Shown one piece after another: positions 60,500 through 64,000 of a stretch of 64,000 bases of DNA. The first letter of the stretch is position 1. Every line of letters begins with the position of its first letter. Below the pieces are notes generated by a model, which saw nothing but the letters and a program-made list of their open reading frames with translations, did no database searches and was not told the origin of the DNA. Where the stretch lies: contig NZ_DASQOG010000210.1 in the NCBI RefSeq assembly GCF_035644575.1, positions 10,363 through 74,362 of the forward strand. The letters run 5' to 3'. This DNA is from Desulfovibrio sp. GTDB taxonomy: Bacteria > Desulfobacterota > Desulfovibrionia > Desulfovibrionales > Desulfovibrionaceae. Both the position numbers and the translations under genes were made by a program.

Positions 60500-61966
60500 C
60501 TAAGAGTTGAAGTACACAGCAATATCTTTACTGCCAAGAATATTTTCCCTGACTTCCACTTCCGGGAGCGAAACCCAGTTTTTCTTGCTGGTACTGTAGA
60601 AAATGAATCCGAGCACTATCCAGATGCCAAGGCAGGCAAAAGGTGCTCCGCCGATGAGGGCCGGAGAGCCTGGGATAAGCAGAAGCACAATGCACAGTAC
60701 GGCGGTGATGGTTCCGATAGCGCAGCAAAGCAGCTTGAAGGCCTTGTTGGGAACATTAACACCACCATTGATGACGCGGCGGGCGGCCAGGCAGGTAAAG
60801 AGATAGCCGATGCCCGTACCAACGGAACTCATATCAACCGTCCAGGCGATGGCCGAACGACCAGCGAATGGTGTCAGCAGCGTGATGATGACAATAAAGA
60901 GCACTGCATTGTATGGCGTGTGGTACTTGGGATGGATTTTGCCAAACCATTCGGGAAGGATCCGGCTGCGGGACATGCTGAGCAGCAAACGGCTGGCCGC
61001 GATAAAGAACCCGTTGATGCCTGTAAGGACGGCACCAAACACGGCGCATGCAAGAACAACGCTGCCGAATCGGCCAAAGGCCATGGTTGCCACTTCGCCA
61101 GCGCCCCAGGCAGCGCCGCCGGTTGCGCGCTGCGCATCCAGTTTTGCCAGCATTTCCGGATAGGATATCGCCATACCCACTGCAAGCATCACCATGGCGT
61201 ACAGAATAACACCCACAATGATTGCAATAATCATGATGTTTCTTGCACGGGCGGGGTCAAAGGAGAACTCTTCTGCCGCCTGAGGAACGGTGTCAAAGCC
61301 GACGAAAAGGAAGGGGGAGATGGCAAAAATCAGGAGTACGCAAGACAGAGGCGTGCCATTCTCTGAAAAACCGGGAGTAAGATTGCTCAACTGGCTCGAA
61401 TCCAGAGCAACCACGCCAGCAAACAGCGCGACAATGCCAATTGTCAGCATAAAAGCCAAAACAAGCTGAATTTTGCCTGCTATGCCAATGCCCCGGTAGT
61501 TGATCCAGCCAAAAATCAGGGTTCCGGCCGTCATCAACAGCACTTCCCCTGTGTATACCTGCCATCCGGCTATGGCATACAGCGGGCCGAATTCAAAAAT
61601 ACCTGGGAACAGAAACCGAAAGATCACCGACAGCGCGGCGATATCAATGGCCACAATGGCTATGTAACCGATGACAAGCGCCCATCCGCAGACAAAGGCG
61701 GCTGTGGGGCCAAAACCTATATAAGCATAAGCAAAAGCGCCGCCTGCCACAGGCGCGTACTTGATCATATAGCTAAGGCACACTGCAACAAAACAAATAA
61801 GAAACGCACCGATCATGAAGCCGTAAAGTGTTCCAAGCGGCCCAGCCTTGGGCAAAAACATATCCCCCGGTAACACAAAGCAACCCCAGCCGACAATGGA
61901 GCCCAGCGCCAATGCGCAAACCTGCATTGGCGATAGTGTTTTTTCAAGCTTAACCTGTTCCGACAT
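60500..61966 (-). CDS. APC-family amino acid permease
   Basis: GSIVGWG, GGAFAY, FVGFD..PQAAEE and IHPKY.TP motifs. Confidence 0.9.
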   Translation of the reverse strand: MSEQVKLEKTLSPMQVCALALGSIVGWGCFVLPGDMFLPKAGPLGTLYGFMIGAFLICFVAVCLSYMIKYAPVAGGAFAYAYIGFGPTAAFVCGWALVIGYIAIVAIDIAALSVIFRFLFPGIFEFGPLYAIAGWQVYTGEVLLMTAGTLIFGWINYRGIGIAGKIQLVLAFMLTIGIVALFAGVVALDSSQLSNLTPGFSENGTPLSCVLLIFAISPFLFVGFDTVPQAAEEFSFDPARARNIMIIAIIVGVILYAMVMLAVGMAISYPEMLAKLDAQRATGGAAWGAGEVATMAFGRFGSVVLACAVFGAVLTGINGFFIAASRLLLSMSRSRILPEWFGKIHPKYHTPYNAVLFIVIITLLTPFAGRSAIAWTVDMSSVGTGIGYLFTCLAARRVINGGVNVPNKAFKLLCCAIGTITAVLCIVLLLIPGSPALIGGAPFACLGIWIVLGFIFYSTSKKNWVSLPEVEVRENILGSKDIAVYFNS

Positions 61967-62129
61967 AATAGTACTCCCAGCACTAAAGAGTGGGCCAGAG
62001 AAACTGCTTCGACAATTGCATCGTGCACCCCGGGGGACGTCGAAACAGAATTCACTGGCTGTTGCACCTGTCCACTGGTTATTCCCTCATGTAGCTGCCG
62101 GCTGGGAATAACTGTCTTCGTGACTGTTG

Positions 62130-62145
62130 AGCAAAGGCTGTGCCA
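62130..62145 (-). promoter_or_regulatory. Sigma-54 promoter of the APC permease
   Basis: Minus strand TGGCACAGCCTTTGCT (full consensus). Confidence 0.8.
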
Positions 62146-62348
62146 AATAGTGAAAAAAATCTCCAGCCCTGTCTGACTACCGCAATATACAGGTAAATTA
62201 AGCTATTAGTATAAAAAATCATTAGCTTTGATAAATTATTTTTCTTATTTCGATGAATTTTTTCCTTTTTGCGAACATTTTTTTCTCATTTTGAAATACT
62301 ACAATTTATTGGCGGCTTTCAACGACTTGCAAAAGCCACTAAACGCCC

Positions 62349-62364
62349 TGGCACTGTATTTGCT
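62349..62364 (+). promoter_or_regulatory. Sigma-54 promoter of DUF4125-TauE
   Basis: TGGCACTGTATTTGCT (full consensus). Confidence 0.8.
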
Positions 62365-62441
62365 TAAGGACTTCATGTGAATTTGGTTACAAATTTTGAA
62401 ACTGCGATACATTACAACCTTTTTCAAGACATGGAGCAAAA

Positions 62442-62990
62442 ATGACTAACAGCAACGACGCATCCGTCATCAATGAAATAATCGCTTTAGAGCTGAAAAT
62501 GTTCCAGACAGTTACTAATGAAGGTGGCAAGGCGGACTGCCAAAATCAGCCCGAAGCTTTCCGCACCATGCGTCAGATTGTATATGAAGTTCTTTCGCCA
62601 CAGGTTCTTGCAGCATGGCTGAGCGACCTGAGAGATGCTGAACGCGCAGGCCGAAACGTAATGACTGAAAAATACGCGTTGATGTGCGGGAGCATTGAAA
62701 TGCCCGAAATTTCCCAAACCATAAAGAATATAATTTCTTGCGAACTGGCATGGCTTCAGACAGCGGTGGAGGAACATCCCGATTATTTTGACGGCACCGA
62801 TGAAGATTTTTGTCGGTATCTGCTGTGTGAACTGCTGATGTATTCTGAAACAACGCTGCATGCATATGCGCAATGCATCACCGATGCTCAGGCCGCAGGG
62901 CGGAACCTTGTTATGGAAAGACTGGAAAATGTAAAAAAGCTGTTGTGTTCCACTGCTGCACACGCCCATCAATACACCGACGCAGATTGA
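62442..62990 (+). CDS. DUF4125 family protein (second copy)
   Basis: EII..E..MFQ.V.NEGG...CQ..PE.F..MR pattern; homologous to 38709-39266. Confidence 0.8.
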   Translation: MTNSNDASVINEIIALELKMFQTVTNEGGKADCQNQPEAFRTMRQIVYEVLSPQVLAAWLSDLRDAERAGRNVMTEKYALMCGSIEMPEISQTIKNIISCELAWLQTAVEEHPDYFDGTDEDFCRYLLCELLMYSETTLHAYAQCITDAQAAGRNLVMERLENVKKLLCSTAAHAHQYTDAD

Positions 62991-63025
62991 TTTAGACCAT
63001 TTCAAACAAAAGGAATAAAAATGTT

Positions 63026-63757
63026 ATGGAGTTAGAAGTAATTGTGGTGGTCTGCGCGTGGTTCATGGGAGGATTTATTTCTGGAGTCAGCGGAATAGGC
63101 GGAGCCATGTTTGCAGTTCCGATAGCGGCCATGTTCATTCCCATACAGCAGGTCATTGTCCTCAGCTGCATTCTCAACCTTGCCATGGACGGCACGCTGA
63201 CTGCTCTGCATTTTCGCTTTTGCCGGGTCGGTGCGCTGGGCCCGCTCCTGGCTGGGACAATACCAGGGTCGGTGGCAGGCCTGTTCATTTTGCAGATGGT
63301 TCCAGGACAAATCTTGCAGGGAAGTGTTGGCGTGCTGTTGCTGATATTTCTGCTCTGGCAACAGTTTTTTCGTATTCGTGAGAAGGGAACAGAATCATGG
63401 CTGGTTGGCGGGCTTGCAGGCTGTGCAGCCGGAGTATTTGGAACAGCAATCTCTTTTGACGGGCCGCCTGTGGGCGCATACGGCTTATACGCAGGCTGGC
63501 AGCCGAGGGTGTTTCTGGGAACTCTGGGTGTGTTTTTCATGCTCAGAGGAACACTGACCTGCGCATTACAGGCGTATTCCGGTTTCTATTCGCCAGAAGT
63601 GATCCAATATGCGCTATATGGCTTTCCGGCTACCATGCTGGGAACATTCTGCGCATTCCCTGTTGCCAAATGGATTAACCCTGATGCATTTCGCAACATA
63701 CTTAAGGCAGTCATAGCAGCAGCCGCAATTGCCTGCGTTTACCGCGCATTAATCTAA
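63026..63757 (+). CDS. Sulfite exporter TauE/SafE family
   Basis: GFISGVSGIGG and G..GTAISFDGPP motifs; about 8 TM helices. Confidence 0.8.
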   Translation: MELEVIVVVCAWFMGGFISGVSGIGGAMFAVPIAAMFIPIQQVIVLSCILNLAMDGTLTALHFRFCRVGALGPLLAGTIPGSVAGLFILQMVPGQILQGSVGVLLLIFLLWQQFFRIREKGTESWLVGGLAGCAAGVFGTAISFDGPPVGAYGLYAGWQPRVFLGTLGVFFMLRGTLTCALQAYSGFYSPEVIQYALYGFPATMLGTFCAFPVAKWINPDAFRNILKAVIAAAAIACVYRALI

Positions 63758-63842
63758 CAAGGCAAACCTTGCGGGCAGCCGCAGGCAGATATCTGATGCC
63801 GTTGCGGGGCTTGGTGCAATATGATGCGGAAAAATCAACGAA

Positions 63843-63870
63843 AAAGGGCCTGCATTTCTGCAAGCCCTTT
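63843..63870. terminator. Hairpin between tauE and the tRNA
   Basis: AAAGGGC.TGCA-TTTC-TGCA.GCCCTTT. Confidence 0.6.
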
Positions 63871-63879
63871 GATTTAACT

Positions 63880-63966
63880 TGGTACCGGGAGCGAGACTTG
63901 AACTCGCAAGACCTTGCGGTCGGCGGATTTTGAGTCCGCTGCGTCTACCAATTCCACCATCCCGGC
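63880..63966 (-). tRNA. tRNA-Leu(CAA)
   Basis: GCCGGGATGGTGGAATTGGTAGACG...CTCAAAA...GGTTCAAG-like T loop (AGTTCAAGT)...CCCGGTACCA; long variable arm and encoded CCA. Confidence 0.95.
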
Positions 63967-64000
63967 AGACTAATCAAGACACATGGGCAGTGCCGCATAT

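Noticed and set aside
63880-63966. tRNA-Leu as an island attachment site
   Set aside because: I saw no duplicated tRNA 3' end and no integrase in the window.

Overview
Bacterial DNA, most likely a Desulfovibrio-like sulfate reducer. This is inferred from the glycyl-radical and sigma-54 gene content and the GC-rich core. Blocks in order: (1) 1-10.4 kb, an AT-rich surface-glycan locus with glycosyltransferases and an FdtA-FdtB fusion, eroded rfbA/rfbC pseudogenes, and a miniature IS3 derivative. (2) 11.7-18.1 kb, bracketed by two dead IS3 copies, a two-gene operon encoding a TIR-STAND NTPase-helical repeat-NUDIX protein and a 2TM/pore-RCK-RCK-RyR-SLOG protein. This is the best candidate for an undescribed nucleotide-signalling (Thoeris/Avs/TRPM2-like) anti-phage system. 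(3) cysC and a beta-propeller gene. (4) 21.8-32.2 kb, a heme uptake/degradation locus (hutW, TonB-dependent receptor, ECF transporter, hutX, flavodoxin, tonB) with a DtxR-family regulator and two DtxR-like boxes. (5) A mosaic array of four 151-aa lipoproteins. (6) A sigma-54-controlled organosulfonate GRE locus (HpsG/IslA-like) with a DUF4037-TPR-DUF4125 trio. (7) A double-cubane reductase and its ATPase. (8) A second, unassigned GRE lacking the catalytic Glu, followed by a HesB-like gene pair. One member has an in-frame UGA with a textbook SECIS (hidden selenoprotein). (9) Transporters and tRNA-Leu(CAA). All domain calls were made by eye from motifs; no database search was run.
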